Numbered from the stretch's first letter, positions 30,227 to 39,693 are shown. The stretch: 64,000 bases of DNA from Fidelibacterota bacterium (GCA_029938045.1 JAPYOT010000001.1:12457-76456); one strand, 5' to 3'. Made by a program: numbers and translations. Notes: generated from the letters alone by a model not told the origin.

Positions 30227-31311
30227 TATTTGAACTTAAGGGTAATGGATTCAAGAATATATTTTATATAGGACCGAATGGGAAGATGGTAATTTGTTTT
30301 TCTCTTATCCTTTGCAATCTCAATTAATTCGTTCGCGAAAACCTTTGCAGATCGCCCATCTTTATTCGCCACATGAAAATCTAAAAACTTTTCCGCCTGA
30401 TTTAGCCAATTTTCTCCATTTGAAAAAACGTCAATTAAGGCCTCTCTTAACTCATTTTTATTGGTTGCTGTCGGAAACCCACCCATTGCATCTAAGAATG
30501 TTGGTTGCATCTCTTTATGGGGATTATAATAGATTGCAGGACAGCCCAATAATAGAGCTTCTATAATTGCTGTACTAAATCGACTGACAAAAACGGACGA
30601 TGCCTTAATCAAATCGTAAAGGCCGTCCCCGAAAATATTTAATCCTGATAAATCCGTAACATCGCCAATATGCTGGCTGATTTTGTATTTTACTGGTAAA
30701 GATTCTGTCGTTTCAACAATATCATCAATCCATTGTTTAGCAATGTCAGCATAAAGACCATAGGAAAAGTTGCAGTTTATTCCCACAAGGTTATTGGCTT
30801 GTTCTACACTTTTTTTAGTTTGATTCAGGAATCCATCAAAACGTGGAGAACCGGTTACCTTTGTTTTTTTTGTCTTAAAAAAATGCTTATCATACTCTCC
30901 CAACAAAAATACATAATCCACTTTTTTGTATGGATAACGCTTTTCTCCAGGATATCCATGTTCTAAATGGGTATCAAGATAATCTTGGGCACCCTCAATA
31001 TGACCAATTGTGGGAATGTTTCTTTTTTTGGCATCTTCAACAGCCCGTTTGGGCCATCCTCCCCAGTCATTCATTACAATCAATGCATCCGGTCTTTCAC
31101 GTCCAAAAATTTGTGGTGTATAGGGAACCGAAAGAATATTATTTTCATCTGCGATTTCTTTAATCTGGGACTCCAGAATTTCTCCACGGCCATAATATTT
31201 CAAATGATCTGAATAGATAATACTGGCATTGTGATTCCCTAATTCTTTTATAATTGGAACAAACGTATTCACATGGTATGGTACATGGGGGAAAAAAAGA
31301 AATTTATACAC
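30226..31311 (-). CDS. Uncharacterised GT-B-like transferase (possibly CMP/CDP-donor dependent)
   Basis: Two Rossmann-like halves. The C-terminal half, VFVSRFSTAIIEALLLGCPAIYYN, resembles the donor-binding half of GT-B, capsule-polymerase and TagF-like enzymes. I do not recognise a specific family. Confidence 0.35.
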   Translation of the reverse strand: MYKFLFFPHVPYHVNTFVPIIKELGNHNASIIYSDHLKYYGRGEILESQIKEIADENNILSVPYTPQIFGRERPDALIVMNDWGGWPKRAVEDAKKRNIPTIGHIEGAQDYLDTHLEHGYPGEKRYPYKKVDYVFLLGEYDKHFFKTKKTKVTGSPRFDGFLNQTKKSVEQANNLVGINCNFSYGLYADIAKQWIDDIVETTESLPVKYKISQHIGDVTDLSGLNIFGDGLYDLIKASSVFVSRFSTAIIEALLLGCPAIYYNPHKEMQPTFLDAMGGFPTATNKNELREALIDVFSNGENWLNQAEKFLDFHVANKDGRSAKVFANELIEIAKDKRKTNYHLPIRSYIKYILESITLKFK

Positions 31312-31317
31312 TTAAAC

Positions 31318-32157
31318 TTATGCTTTATTCGTTTTTTCTAGAGTAGGATTTAATGCAATATTATTCCATCTTCTAATATAATAATAAAGGTTAAGTGACC
31401 AAATTTTACTATATTTTTTTGCTTGCCCAGCAAGATTACCCCATAATGTATCATCCCGAGCAGCGATTATATTCCCCCATGTATCATCTGAAATCGATTT
31501 AAAATCAGAATAAACAAACTTGCACCACTTATGGGGGCCACCATATTTTTTTAGTGGATTCCAAACTGATACCATAACATTATACTTTTTTTCTTCAAAA
31601 AACCTGATTAAATCATGCATTGTATAATTGAGTAATTTTGTTTTTCTATATTCATATTCACACATGACTATGCTTGGATTAATCCTGGTCCAATCTAATC
31701 CTTCTAAAACTTGTTTGTCATGACCTTCAACATCAATTTTCAGGTAATCAATCTTATCAATGTTGTTTTCATCGCAGTATGCTTTTAATGTTGTGGTGTT
31801 TACTGTTTGAGACAATTCATGGAATTTAGAAAATTTTAACAAACTGCCCACTCCGGTTGATTCATGGCTTGAATAAAAATCAACTTGATTTTGAATTTTG
31901 TTTGATACTGCTTCAGAATTAATAATTATAGATTTATTTCTGGTACGTTTTTTTAATCGTGAATTGTTTCTCTGGTCTGGTTCAAATGCATGAATAACCC
32001 ATCCATCATTCAAGAAAGGTAACAATGCATCACCTTCGCATGCACCTACATCTATCATTAATGGAAAACCTATCTGTTCTTTTGAAAGAACGGAATGAAT
32101 TATATAAGTTTCGTTAGGTACAATTCTTTTTTTAATAAAGTCCGGTAAAATTTGCAA
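31318..32157 (-). CDS. FkbM-family SAM-dependent methyltransferase
   Basis: MIDVGACEGDALLPF (SAM motif I) and DYLKIDVEGHDKQVLEG, the FkbM signature. Confidence 0.85.
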   Translation of the reverse strand: MQILPDFIKKRIVPNETYIIHSVLSKEQIGFPLMIDVGACEGDALLPFLNDGWVIHAFEPDQRNNSRLKKRTRNKSIIINSEAVSNKIQNQVDFYSSHESTGVGSLLKFSKFHELSQTVNTTTLKAYCDENNIDKIDYLKIDVEGHDKQVLEGLDWTRINPSIVMCEYEYRKTKLLNYTMHDLIRFFEEKKYNVMVSVWNPLKKYGGPHKWCKFVYSDFKSISDDTWGNIIAARDDTLWGNLAGQAKKYSKIWSLNLYYYIRRWNNIALNPTLEKTNKA

Positions 32158-32177
32158 AATGGTAATAATCTTATTTT

Positions 32178-32840
32178 TTAAAATTTATGAAGTGATTCAG
32201 CAATTTTGAAGTCCTCCATATCGTCAATATCAAAAGATTCGACTTTATTTATTTCAAACATCCTTGGATTTGTCCCAATTCGGTTTTTTATTTTTAAAAA
32301 CTTTTCTCTATTAAAAATATATATGCAAGAATTTTCAAAATACATTGGTTCCATATCTTGGGTGCGTAGCAATTCACCCGGGTTATGATTAATCGGTTTT
32401 GTTTCACAATCCCAAAATCTCATTTGCAATGGTGTGACGGAAAAAAGAGAATCATTTTTCGGATAGTTTGACTGAAATGCTTCGACCGCTTTAATAATTG
32501 TCTGTTTTCCAAGGAGCGGATTGGTGCTATGGGTTTGTAATATGAACTCTGAATCTACCTGTTGTAAAGAATGATGAAGCACAAGATTCATCGGAATCTC
32601 ACCCGCCTTTAAATGATCGGGACGATCAATAATTATTACCTGTGGAAAATTTTTGGGTGCTTCACCTTTGACAGCATCAATATTCGTATCAATTATGACT
32701 GAATCAAATATTTCGCAATCAATCAAATTATTAATGATGTAATGATAAAGCGGTTTTCCATTAAAAGAACGAATATTTTTATTCAATATACGCTCACTAT
32801 TATTTCGCATTGGGACGATCGCTGAAATACTTTGAGCCAT
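32178..32840 (-). CDS. Acylneuraminate cytidylyltransferase-family enzyme (NeuA/PtmB/KdsB-like CMP-sugar-acid synthetase)
   Basis: The N-terminus AIVPMRNNSERILNKNIRSFNGKPL matches the CTP_transf_3 P-loop-like motif. 220 aa. Confidence 0.8.
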   Translation of the reverse strand: MAQSISAIVPMRNNSERILNKNIRSFNGKPLYHYIINNLIDCEIFDSVIIDTNIDAVKGEAPKNFPQVIIIDRPDHLKAGEIPMNLVLHHSLQQVDSEFILQTHSTNPLLGKQTIIKAVEAFQSNYPKNDSLFSVTPLQMRFWDCETKPINHNPGELLRTQDMEPMYFENSCIYIFNREKFLKIKNRIGTNPRMFEINKVESFDIDDMEDFKIAESLHKF

Positions 32841-32841
32841 T

Positions 32842-33579
32842 TTATTCGGTACTTAGATGGGAATAGGCGCCACCATCAACAACTAAGGAACTACCCGTTA
32901 TAAATGAGGATTGATCATGATCGGATAGGAAATAAATAGATTTAGCCACTTCTTCCGGTAAACCAATCCGCTTCAAAGGTGTGCGAGATTTATAATTTTC
33001 TAGCATCTGATGTTCCTCTTTTGAAGAATTGCAAAACCGCCGGATACTTTGGCGGAGCATCGGAGTATCAATGGCACCTGGCAAAACGGCGTTAACCCGA
33101 ATGCCAATCGGTGCTAGATCAATGGATAATGACCGAGTTAATGCTAATAAAGCGCCCTTGCTAGCAGCATAAGAGGACATATTCATCGATGTTGCCAATG
33201 CATGAATTGAGCATACATTAACAATGGCACTCTTATCTTTTTTCAAAATATTAGCTGCTTGTCGGGCAATAAAAAAGGCTGGATATAAGTTAGAACGAAA
33301 TACATGGTCCCAATCTTCTATACTTAATTCCTGTAAAGATTTAAATAATTGAATGGCGGCATTGTTAACTAAAGCGTCAAGTTTGCCATTAATGGAATTA
33401 AAAATTATTTTGTTATTGGCCTTATCTGAAATATCACCTTGAATAAAATTAATCGGCAATGTATCTTCCATCTCCTTGATATCTGTACCAATAACCTCCC
33501 ACCCTTTTGCGTGGAATAGCTTGGCAGTTTCTAGCCCAATTCCGCCGGCGACTCCTGTAATCAATACCTTTTTTGTCAT
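32842..33579 (-). CDS. Short-chain dehydrogenase/reductase (PtmA/FabG-like)
   Basis: TGVAGGIGLE cofactor motif, NNAA, catalytic YAASKGA (YxxxK). Confidence 0.88.
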   Translation of the reverse strand: MTKKVLITGVAGGIGLETAKLFHAKGWEVIGTDIKEMEDTLPINFIQGDISDKANNKIIFNSINGKLDALVNNAAIQLFKSLQELSIEDWDHVFRSNLYPAFFIARQAANILKKDKSAIVNVCSIHALATSMNMSSYAASKGALLALTRSLSIDLAPIGIRVNAVLPGAIDTPMLRQSIRRFCNSSKEEHQMLENYKSRTPLKRIGLPEEVAKSIYFLSDHDQSSFITGSSLVVDGGAYSHLSTE

Positions 33580-33580
33580 A

Positions 33581-34513
33581 TCAAATTACTCCTAATCCCG
33601 TTAATAAATTGTTCACTGTATTCTCATGCACATACTCCCGCACACTGGGCGCAGAATTAGAATTGTGCGGTGTTAACAATACATTATCCATCCATCTAAG
33701 TGGGTTCTGAGGGTCTAATGGTTCTTTTTCAAACACATCCAATCCGGCCCCAAATATTGTCTTAGAATTTATTGCTTTAATTAAATCTAATTCATTAATT
33801 AAGGGTCCTCGCGCTGTATTAATGAGAACCGCGTTAGATTTCATCAAATTAAAGTCCTCAGCGCCGATAATATGTTTTGTTGTCTTATTTAGGACACAAT
33901 GAAGACTTACAAAATCTGAATTGCTTAACAGGGTATCCTTGGACACCATTTTGGTGCCTGTTTCTTTAATATATTCTGTTGATATCTCCCTAATATCATA
34001 CCCATAGAGTTCCATCCCAAAAGCTTTCCCAAAGCGAAGAACTTCCTTCCCTATACTACCTAGACCAATCACACCCAGGGAAGATTCAGATAATGAAATA
34101 CTTTCCACTTTCTCCCATTTACCCTTTTTCATCAATGTATTTTGAATGTGAATGTTTCGCGCAAAAGACAGGATATATCCAAAAACTGTTTCAGCGACCG
34201 GTCTAATAAATGCATCGGCCGTATTCAATACTTTAACACCGTGCTTCTTTGCTGATTTTAAATCAATGGAATCAATTCCTGTCCCCCATTTTGAGATTAC
34301 TTTCAACTTAATGGCTTTTTCAAAAACTGCTGAAGTGAACTGATCATCTCCGGCAATAACACCATCATATTTATGAATAATTGGAATTAAATCAGATTCA
34401 AAACATTTTTCCTCTACATCGAACATATCAAATTCAATATGGTGCTGATTTAATATATCAGAATATTTTAATGGTACGGGTTGAAAATAAGGCGCTGTAA
34501 TTAGAATTTTCAT
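33581..34513 (-). CDS. D-isomer-specific 2-hydroxyacid dehydrogenase (phosphoglycerate/glycerate dehydrogenase-like)
   Basis: GVIGLGSIGKEV (GxGxxG), LINTARGPLI, GAGLDVFEKEP and TPHNS motifs. Confidence 0.85.
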   Translation of the reverse strand: MKILITAPYFQPVPLKYSDILNQHHIEFDMFDVEEKCFESDLIPIIHKYDGVIAGDDQFTSAVFEKAIKLKVISKWGTGIDSIDLKSAKKHGVKVLNTADAFIRPVAETVFGYILSFARNIHIQNTLMKKGKWEKVESISLSESSLGVIGLGSIGKEVLRFGKAFGMELYGYDIREISTEYIKETGTKMVSKDTLLSNSDFVSLHCVLNKTTKHIIGAEDFNLMKSNAVLINTARGPLINELDLIKAINSKTIFGAGLDVFEKEPLDPQNPLRWMDNVLLTPHNSNSAPSVREYVHENTVNNLLTGLGVI

Positions 34514-34515
34514 TT

Positions 34516-35142
34516 TTAAAGGGACTTTAATATTGCGCGTGCTGGCGCGCCGTCTGCATTAAGAATTTTTAGCGGTAGACAACTTAACTCATACATTCCT
34601 TGTTTTGGTTCTGTAAGATCCAGTCCTTCAATTATAACGACATCCTCCTTGAGTAATATCTTGTGCACATCATGGATTTCATCAAAGATAGAAACTGATA
34701 AATAGTCAATTCCAACAAGTTTAATACCGTGATCAACAAGCCACCGGGCTCCGCTTGTGTTTAACCCGACATAGCATTGATTAAAATATGATTGTTTCCA
34801 CCAACTTCCATTATCAGTTTTGATTAAGAGCTTAATTGTATTTTGAGGGATATTCGCCTCCTTCAATACTGTCTCTGAAATCGTAGCTTCATTCTTGACA
34901 TCTAAAACAAAAGCATCTCCACAAAGATCATCTAAGGAGATTTCCTCGATTGTTTTCCCATCCATCAGAAAATGAAAGGGCGCATCAATATGGGTACCTA
35001 CATGTATATCCATATCAATCAATGTTACATTTGATTGATATCCATCATTAATAGATTTTTTTTGAATTTGGGAAAATCCATTACTCCCCGGCCAAATGGG
35101 AATTTTATTGGTAAGGGGAACACTGATATCAATTATGGTCAT
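34516..35142 (-). CDS. Cyclase-family metal-dependent hydrolase (kynurenine formamidase-like fold)
   Basis: HVGTHIDAPFHF (HxGTHxDxPxH) motif. 208 aa. Confidence 0.8.
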   Translation of the reverse strand: MTIIDISVPLTNKIPIWPGSNGFSQIQKKSINDGYQSNVTLIDMDIHVGTHIDAPFHFLMDGKTIEEISLDDLCGDAFVLDVKNEATISETVLKEANIPQNTIKLLIKTDNGSWWKQSYFNQCYVGLNTSGARWLVDHGIKLVGIDYLSVSIFDEIHDVHKILLKEDVVIIEGLDLTEPKQGMYELSCLPLKILNADGAPARAILKSL

Positions 35143-36106
35143 ATTTTATAAGGCGGTCATCATCATTTAACGTACCTCTTCCTTTTTGTCTAAAAAAACC
35201 GTGGGGAAAATAAAAATGATTTTTCAATTTTTTTGAAATTTCACCCGCTTGGTGATATCCTGAATAAGTACCCCAAAATTGATTGAATCGAAAAAGTGGG
35301 ATTGAAGCAAATGCGTGAAAAAACTTTTCATCATGAATACTGTGATAATAATCAGAAATAGTATTTGAAAAAAACATCCAAATAAAAGAAATAAAAGAAA
35401 AACTTTCACTGGGATAAATAAATTTAAATGCAATTGCTTCCCGTTTATATCGATTTCTTATTTGAGAATATGTTTCTTCGTGCACATGGATTATCCCTGC
35501 ATCTTTAGCATAAATAATTTTATACCCCTTTTTCGAAATCTTTTTAGCCCAATCCAAATCTTCAAGCCCTGTTAACTCTTCATCATAATTAATTTTATCC
35601 CAAATTGATTTCCGAATTGCTGCATTCGCATTATTACAAAAGAGATTATTTTCACTCGATTGATTAGAATTTGGAAACCATTTCTTAAACACTTGGAGTT
35701 CTGAATATTTTGTTAGATTATTTCCTCTTTGTTTTCCATAAACTAATCCTACCTCGTTTTTTTGAAATGGATTGATCATGAGTTCAAGCCAATCATTATA
35801 AATTGGATAAACATGGGCACTGGCAAAAACGATAATTTCGTTACTTACGGCACGACATCCAATATTTAATGCACGGCCAAAGGAAAAGCCTTCTGATTGA
35901 ATCGATAATATTTTTACAGGAAACTGAGATGCGACAGAAAGTGTAGCATCTGTTGATCCAGAATCCACTATAATTATTTCCAAATCCTTAATCGTTTGTT
36001 TCATTATCCCTGTTAAAAGTTTTCCGATAAACTTTTCTTCATTAAAACAACGAATCAGAACAGAACATGAATTTTTATTAAGCTGCATTTTTATTTTTCT
36101 TATCAA
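35129..36106 (-). CDS. Glycosyltransferase family 2
   Basis: SVLIRCFNEEKFIG and VDSGSTD GT-A motifs. The start may be the internal MQLNKN. Confidence 0.85.
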   Translation of the reverse strand: MIRKIKMQLNKNSCSVLIRCFNEEKFIGKLLTGIMKQTIKDLEIIIVDSGSTDATLSVASQFPVKILSIQSEGFSFGRALNIGCRAVSNEIIVFASAHVYPIYNDWLELMINPFQKNEVGLVYGKQRGNNLTKYSELQVFKKWFPNSNQSSENNLFCNNANAAIRKSIWDKINYDEELTGLEDLDWAKKISKKGYKIIYAKDAGIIHVHEETYSQIRNRYKREAIAFKFIYPSESFSFISFIWMFFSNTISDYYHSIHDEKFFHAFASIPLFRFNQFWGTYSGYHQAGEISKKLKNHFYFPHGFFRQKGRGTLNDDDRLIKYDHN

Positions 36107-36169
36107 AACCCATTTAGTGGACTCATCTTCAAATAATAACTTTTAGTATAAATGGCCACCATGAATTCG

Positions 36170-37021
36170 TTACTTTTTACTCATAATCATAAATTGAAAT
36201 TTAATCAATACTGAATAAATAAATTCTATAATACTCACCATCATCGCCAACGGAAGTGAGAATGGAATTTGATATGGTTCACTATGTTTCGCCACCAATT
36301 TCATTTTCCCCTTATGTTTTCTTTTCCATTTAGAAATAGAAAACTGCCCTCCCATGGAAGCCGATACTTTATGCCACACTTTTGATTCGGGAATAAAAAC
36401 AATGTCACCACCTCTTTTTTTAAACCGAAGTGATAAATCTACATCCTCTGCATACATGGGGAAGGACTCATCAAACATACCAATTGACTCAAAATCTTGA
36501 GCGCGCATGCAAATACAGCACCCGGTGGCATAATCAATTACCCGGTTTTTTGAATAATCATGAGAATCTTTCTTCCGGATTCCAATATGCCGAATCATTC
36601 CTGTCCATAAATTGACGATCCCTCCGGCAAACCAAATGGTTTCCGGCTTATCCGCGTAATATATTTTGGGCGCTGTTTGTTTTGTGTTGGATTTTATCTC
36701 TAATTCATTAATGAGTGGCTCCACAAAGTTGGAATCAACGATAGTATCATTATTCAGGAAAATGGTGTAATTCGCTTTGTTCGCGGTAGATTGAAACCCC
36801 GCATTATTTCCTCCGGCAAACCGAAGGTTTGTGGGAAATTCAATAATGTCTGTTTTTGGATATTTCTCTTTTATTGAAACAACAGAATCATCCGTAGAGC
36901 CATTATCGATCACAATTACATTCGCATTGGAATATGTGATTTTTTCAAGGGATGCCAGACAATCTAAAGTCAAATCTCTCCCATTCCAATTCAAGACAAA
37001 TATGTTTACCGATTTCGCCAT
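36170..37021 (-). CDS. Glycosyltransferase family 2 (rhamnosyltransferase-like)
   Basis: NIFVLNWNGRDLT, DNGSTDDS and the AEDVDLSLR motif. Confidence 0.85.
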   Translation of the reverse strand: MAKSVNIFVLNWNGRDLTLDCLASLEKITYSNANVIVIDNGSTDDSVVSIKEKYPKTDIIEFPTNLRFAGGNNAGFQSTANKANYTIFLNNDTIVDSNFVEPLINELEIKSNTKQTAPKIYYADKPETIWFAGGIVNLWTGMIRHIGIRKKDSHDYSKNRVIDYATGCCICMRAQDFESIGMFDESFPMYAEDVDLSLRFKKRGGDIVFIPESKVWHKVSASMGGQFSISKWKRKHKGKMKLVAKHSEPYQIPFSLPLAMMVSIIEFIYSVLIKFQFMIMSKK

Positions 37022-38130
37022 TATGATTCTACCAACTCCAAAACAACTTTCACAAAATTATCCCAGGAAAACCGTTTTTTATATTCATTAATATTTTGGG
37101 AAAAGAAATACGGATTCATATTAAAATATTTTACAATACTATCAGCAATTGAATTTGGATTCGGTTCACAAATGAACCCAGTTTCACCATCCACAACCAC
37201 TTCTGGAAGTCCACCCACGTTGGATACAATCACAGGAATATCAAAATGGTACGCAATTGGAACTACCCCACTTTGGGTTGCCGATTTATAAGGAAGGGCA
37301 ACTAAATCGGCGGCACAAAAATATTGATTCACTTTTTCATTCGGCACAAATTCAAATCGGAAATCAATTACATCAGATACACCATTATCTTCTGCCAGTT
37401 GAATATATTTATTTTCATCCCCGTAGCATTCTCCCACCACCAGAATCTTAAAATTATCAATCTTATTTTTAAATAATTTTGCAGATTCAATCAAAATATC
37501 CAACCCTTTATAACTTCGAATTAATCCAAAATTAAGAATAACTTTTTTTTCCGTAACACCTATCATATCCTTTGCTTTTTGCTTTTCTATGGATTCACCA
37601 AAAATATCATAAATAGGATGAGGAGTTCTCCGATATTTCGGATTCGGCTCAATCTTCAACAAATCATTTTCGACTGTTTTTGACATGACAACAAACCCAT
37701 CACAATAATTAAAGAACCTTGCTGTCATTGCTGAATCCAAAGGACGGGATTCATGAGGTGTGATATTGTTGCAATTCACAATGACAGTCGCACCACAACC
37801 TTTCTTCACCCCTTTGGTAATGGATGCAAACGCCGGTGCGAAAAATGGCATCCAATATTGGAAAATGACAATGTCTGGTTTCTGACTGTTTATAAACTTT
37901 ACTGTCTTCTTCCAAGAAAATGGATTAATCGAATTAATCATGGCTTTTGATTGTTTACCTTCAAAATCAAAGAATTGTGTTTTTCCCGGAAATAATATCT
38001 GGGGATATTGTAAGGAAAATGAAATGCGATGCACCTCATGATTATTGGAAAGGGTTTCTGCCAAAGAATGATTAAACATTGATATTCCTCCCCTTAAGGG
38101 TGGAAAAGGCCCTACAAGAACAATACGCAT
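37021..38130 (-). CDS. Glycosyltransferase family 4 (GT-B, retaining)
   Basis: C-terminal GGLPEVVVDGETGFI is an E-x7-E-type motif. 369 aa. Confidence 0.85.
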   Translation of the reverse strand: MRIVLVGPFPPLRGGISMFNHSLAETLSNNHEVHRISFSLQYPQILFPGKTQFFDFEGKQSKAMINSINPFSWKKTVKFINSQKPDIVIFQYWMPFFAPAFASITKGVKKGCGATVIVNCNNITPHESRPLDSAMTARFFNYCDGFVVMSKTVENDLLKIEPNPKYRRTPHPIYDIFGESIEKQKAKDMIGVTEKKVILNFGLIRSYKGLDILIESAKLFKNKIDNFKILVVGECYGDENKYIQLAEDNGVSDVIDFRFEFVPNEKVNQYFCAADLVALPYKSATQSGVVPIAYHFDIPVIVSNVGGLPEVVVDGETGFICEPNPNSIADSIVKYFNMNPYFFSQNINEYKKRFSWDNFVKVVLELVES

Positions 38131-38154
38131 AATAGAGAAACTAACCGATTAAGA

Positions 38155-39075
38155 TTAAAATAATCCCTTGACCCGGGATTCCTTATCTTGATTTGAATTG
38201 GCAATCATTTCGCCAACCAATCCAATAGAAAAGAATTGAATTCCGACAACAATTATTAACACACCCAACATGAGTAATGCTATATGTTTCGCGAAGGGTT
38301 CTCCCATAAAATATTTTAAATATAAAACGTAACATTCTATAGCTAAACCAATGAGAAAGGTAAAAAGCCCAATTTGACCAAAAAAGTAAATGGGACTTTG
38401 TATATATTTTGATAAAAATAAAATTGAAATTAAATCAAAAAACCCGTGGAATAATCGTGCGCCACCATATTTTGTTTCACCATGAATCCTCGGTCGATGA
38501 TGAACAATAATTTCCGTAACCTTAAACTTTTTCTGTCCTGCAAGTGCTGGTATATAACGATGTCTTCCGCCATATATATCTAACGTTTTAACCACAGCTT
38601 TTCGATATATCTTTAGTCCACAGTTAAAATCATGAATATTAACACCTGTAAATAATCGTGTCACAAAATTAAATAATTTGGAAGGGACTGTTTTTGAGAT
38701 AGGATCCTTACGATCTTTTTTCCATCCAGACACAAGATCATATCCCTCCTCCAGTTTTCTAACTAAATTGGGTATTTCCGCTGGATCATCCTGCAAATCT
38801 CCATCCATGGTAACAATGTAGTCACCTTCTGCATATTTAAATCCTTCTGACAAAGCTGCAGATTTTCCATAATTACGGTGAAACTGAATAAGGTTTATAT
38901 GGTTATCCGTTTCACTCAATAATTTTACAAGATCGACTGAGCCATCAGTAGAACCATCATCTATAAATAGAATTTCATATGCTTCGAATGATGATAATGA
39001 CTGGCTTAATTGTTGGTGAAGTTCCCTTAAAGATTCCATCTCATTATAAACAGGAATTACAACAGAAATTTTCAT
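38155..39075 (-). CDS. Polyprenyl-phosphate glycosyltransferase (GtrB/CsbB/ArnC/Dpm1-like GT2 with two C-terminal TM helices)
   Basis: ISVVIPVYNEMESL, IDDGSTDGS and MDGDLQDDP motifs. Two C-terminal TM helices (IYFFGQIGLFTFLIGLAI.., LLMLGVLIIVVGIQFFSIGLVGEMI), as is typical for GtrB-type enzymes. Confidence 0.85.
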   Translation of the reverse strand: MKISVVIPVYNEMESLRELHQQLSQSLSSFEAYEILFIDDGSTDGSVDLVKLLSETDNHINLIQFHRNYGKSAALSEGFKYAEGDYIVTMDGDLQDDPAEIPNLVRKLEEGYDLVSGWKKDRKDPISKTVPSKLFNFVTRLFTGVNIHDFNCGLKIYRKAVVKTLDIYGGRHRYIPALAGQKKFKVTEIIVHHRPRIHGETKYGGARLFHGFFDLISILFLSKYIQSPIYFFGQIGLFTFLIGLAIECYVLYLKYFMGEPFAKHIALLMLGVLIIVVGIQFFSIGLVGEMIANSNQDKESRVKGLF

Positions 39076-39680
39076 GAATTTACCTTTATGGTGGGGATGG
39101 ATTCGGGAATTTTTCGGATAAGATGAGGATATTGAACATCATATTCACGGTCCATTATGATTAATTCAATTTTTTGGTTTTCATCCTCCATGTTGAATGT
39201 AACATGCTCAATCAACGGACCATGTTCCGTTTGGTTAGATCTAAATTGAATTCCACCTGAAATTTGTTCCGATTGGTTTTTTATTCTTTCCGGATCGGAG
39301 AAAATGGACGGTATTTCTCCCCATAAAAAAGTACGCATATCATTCGGTCGTATTATTTCAAAAAACGGTAATGAAATAAGAATAGACGCTTGATCATATC
39401 TTCTATTGTGAAGCATATCCCATGCATCAATTGTTTCATTTCCTAAAATGAGAAATAATGTTTTTCTGCCAATCAAATCTTTAAATTGAATGTAAGCTGT
39501 ATCCCGTGAAGCAGTAAACGTAAAATTCAATCGTCCCTGGATATCTCCTTCCGAAAGAATATACCCTTTTCCCCGACAAAATATTTTGTCATCTATTTTT
39601 GGAAAAACCATCCCTTGGTCTATAGTCTCACCCGGACCTATAATGGGTCCTTGGGTGCATCCCATGATAAGTGTGAACAA
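39072..39680 (-). CDS. Hypothetical lipoprotein (LolB/DUF4292-like guess); true start probably upstream at a non-ATG codon
   Basis: The lipobox LIMGC lies right at the annotated TTG start. In-frame upstream codons (to 39713) read IRFLLNKFHFILFTLIMGC, a complete lipoprotein signal. Its position after a TPR lipoprotein matches the DUF4292 context I recall from Bacteroidota. Confidence 0.5.
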   Translation of the reverse strand: MFTLIMGCTQGPIIGPGETIDQGMVFPKIDDKIFCRGKGYILSEGDIQGRLNFTFTASRDTAYIQFKDLIGRKTLFLILGNETIDAWDMLHNRRYDQASILISLPFFEIIRPNDMRTFLWGEIPSIFSDPERIKNQSEQISGGIQFRSNQTEHGPLIEHVTFNMEDENQKIELIIMDREYDVQYPHLIRKIPESIPTIKVNS

Positions 39681-39693
39681 AATGAAATGGAAT

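Noticed and set aside
34516-35142. The 'cyclase family protein' could be a nucleotide cyclase or signalling enzyme
   Set aside because: The HxGTHxDxPxH motif identifies the kynurenine-formamidase-like metal hydrolase fold, not a class III or GGDEF cyclase. Its position inside a glycan locus points to a hydrolase or deacylase role.
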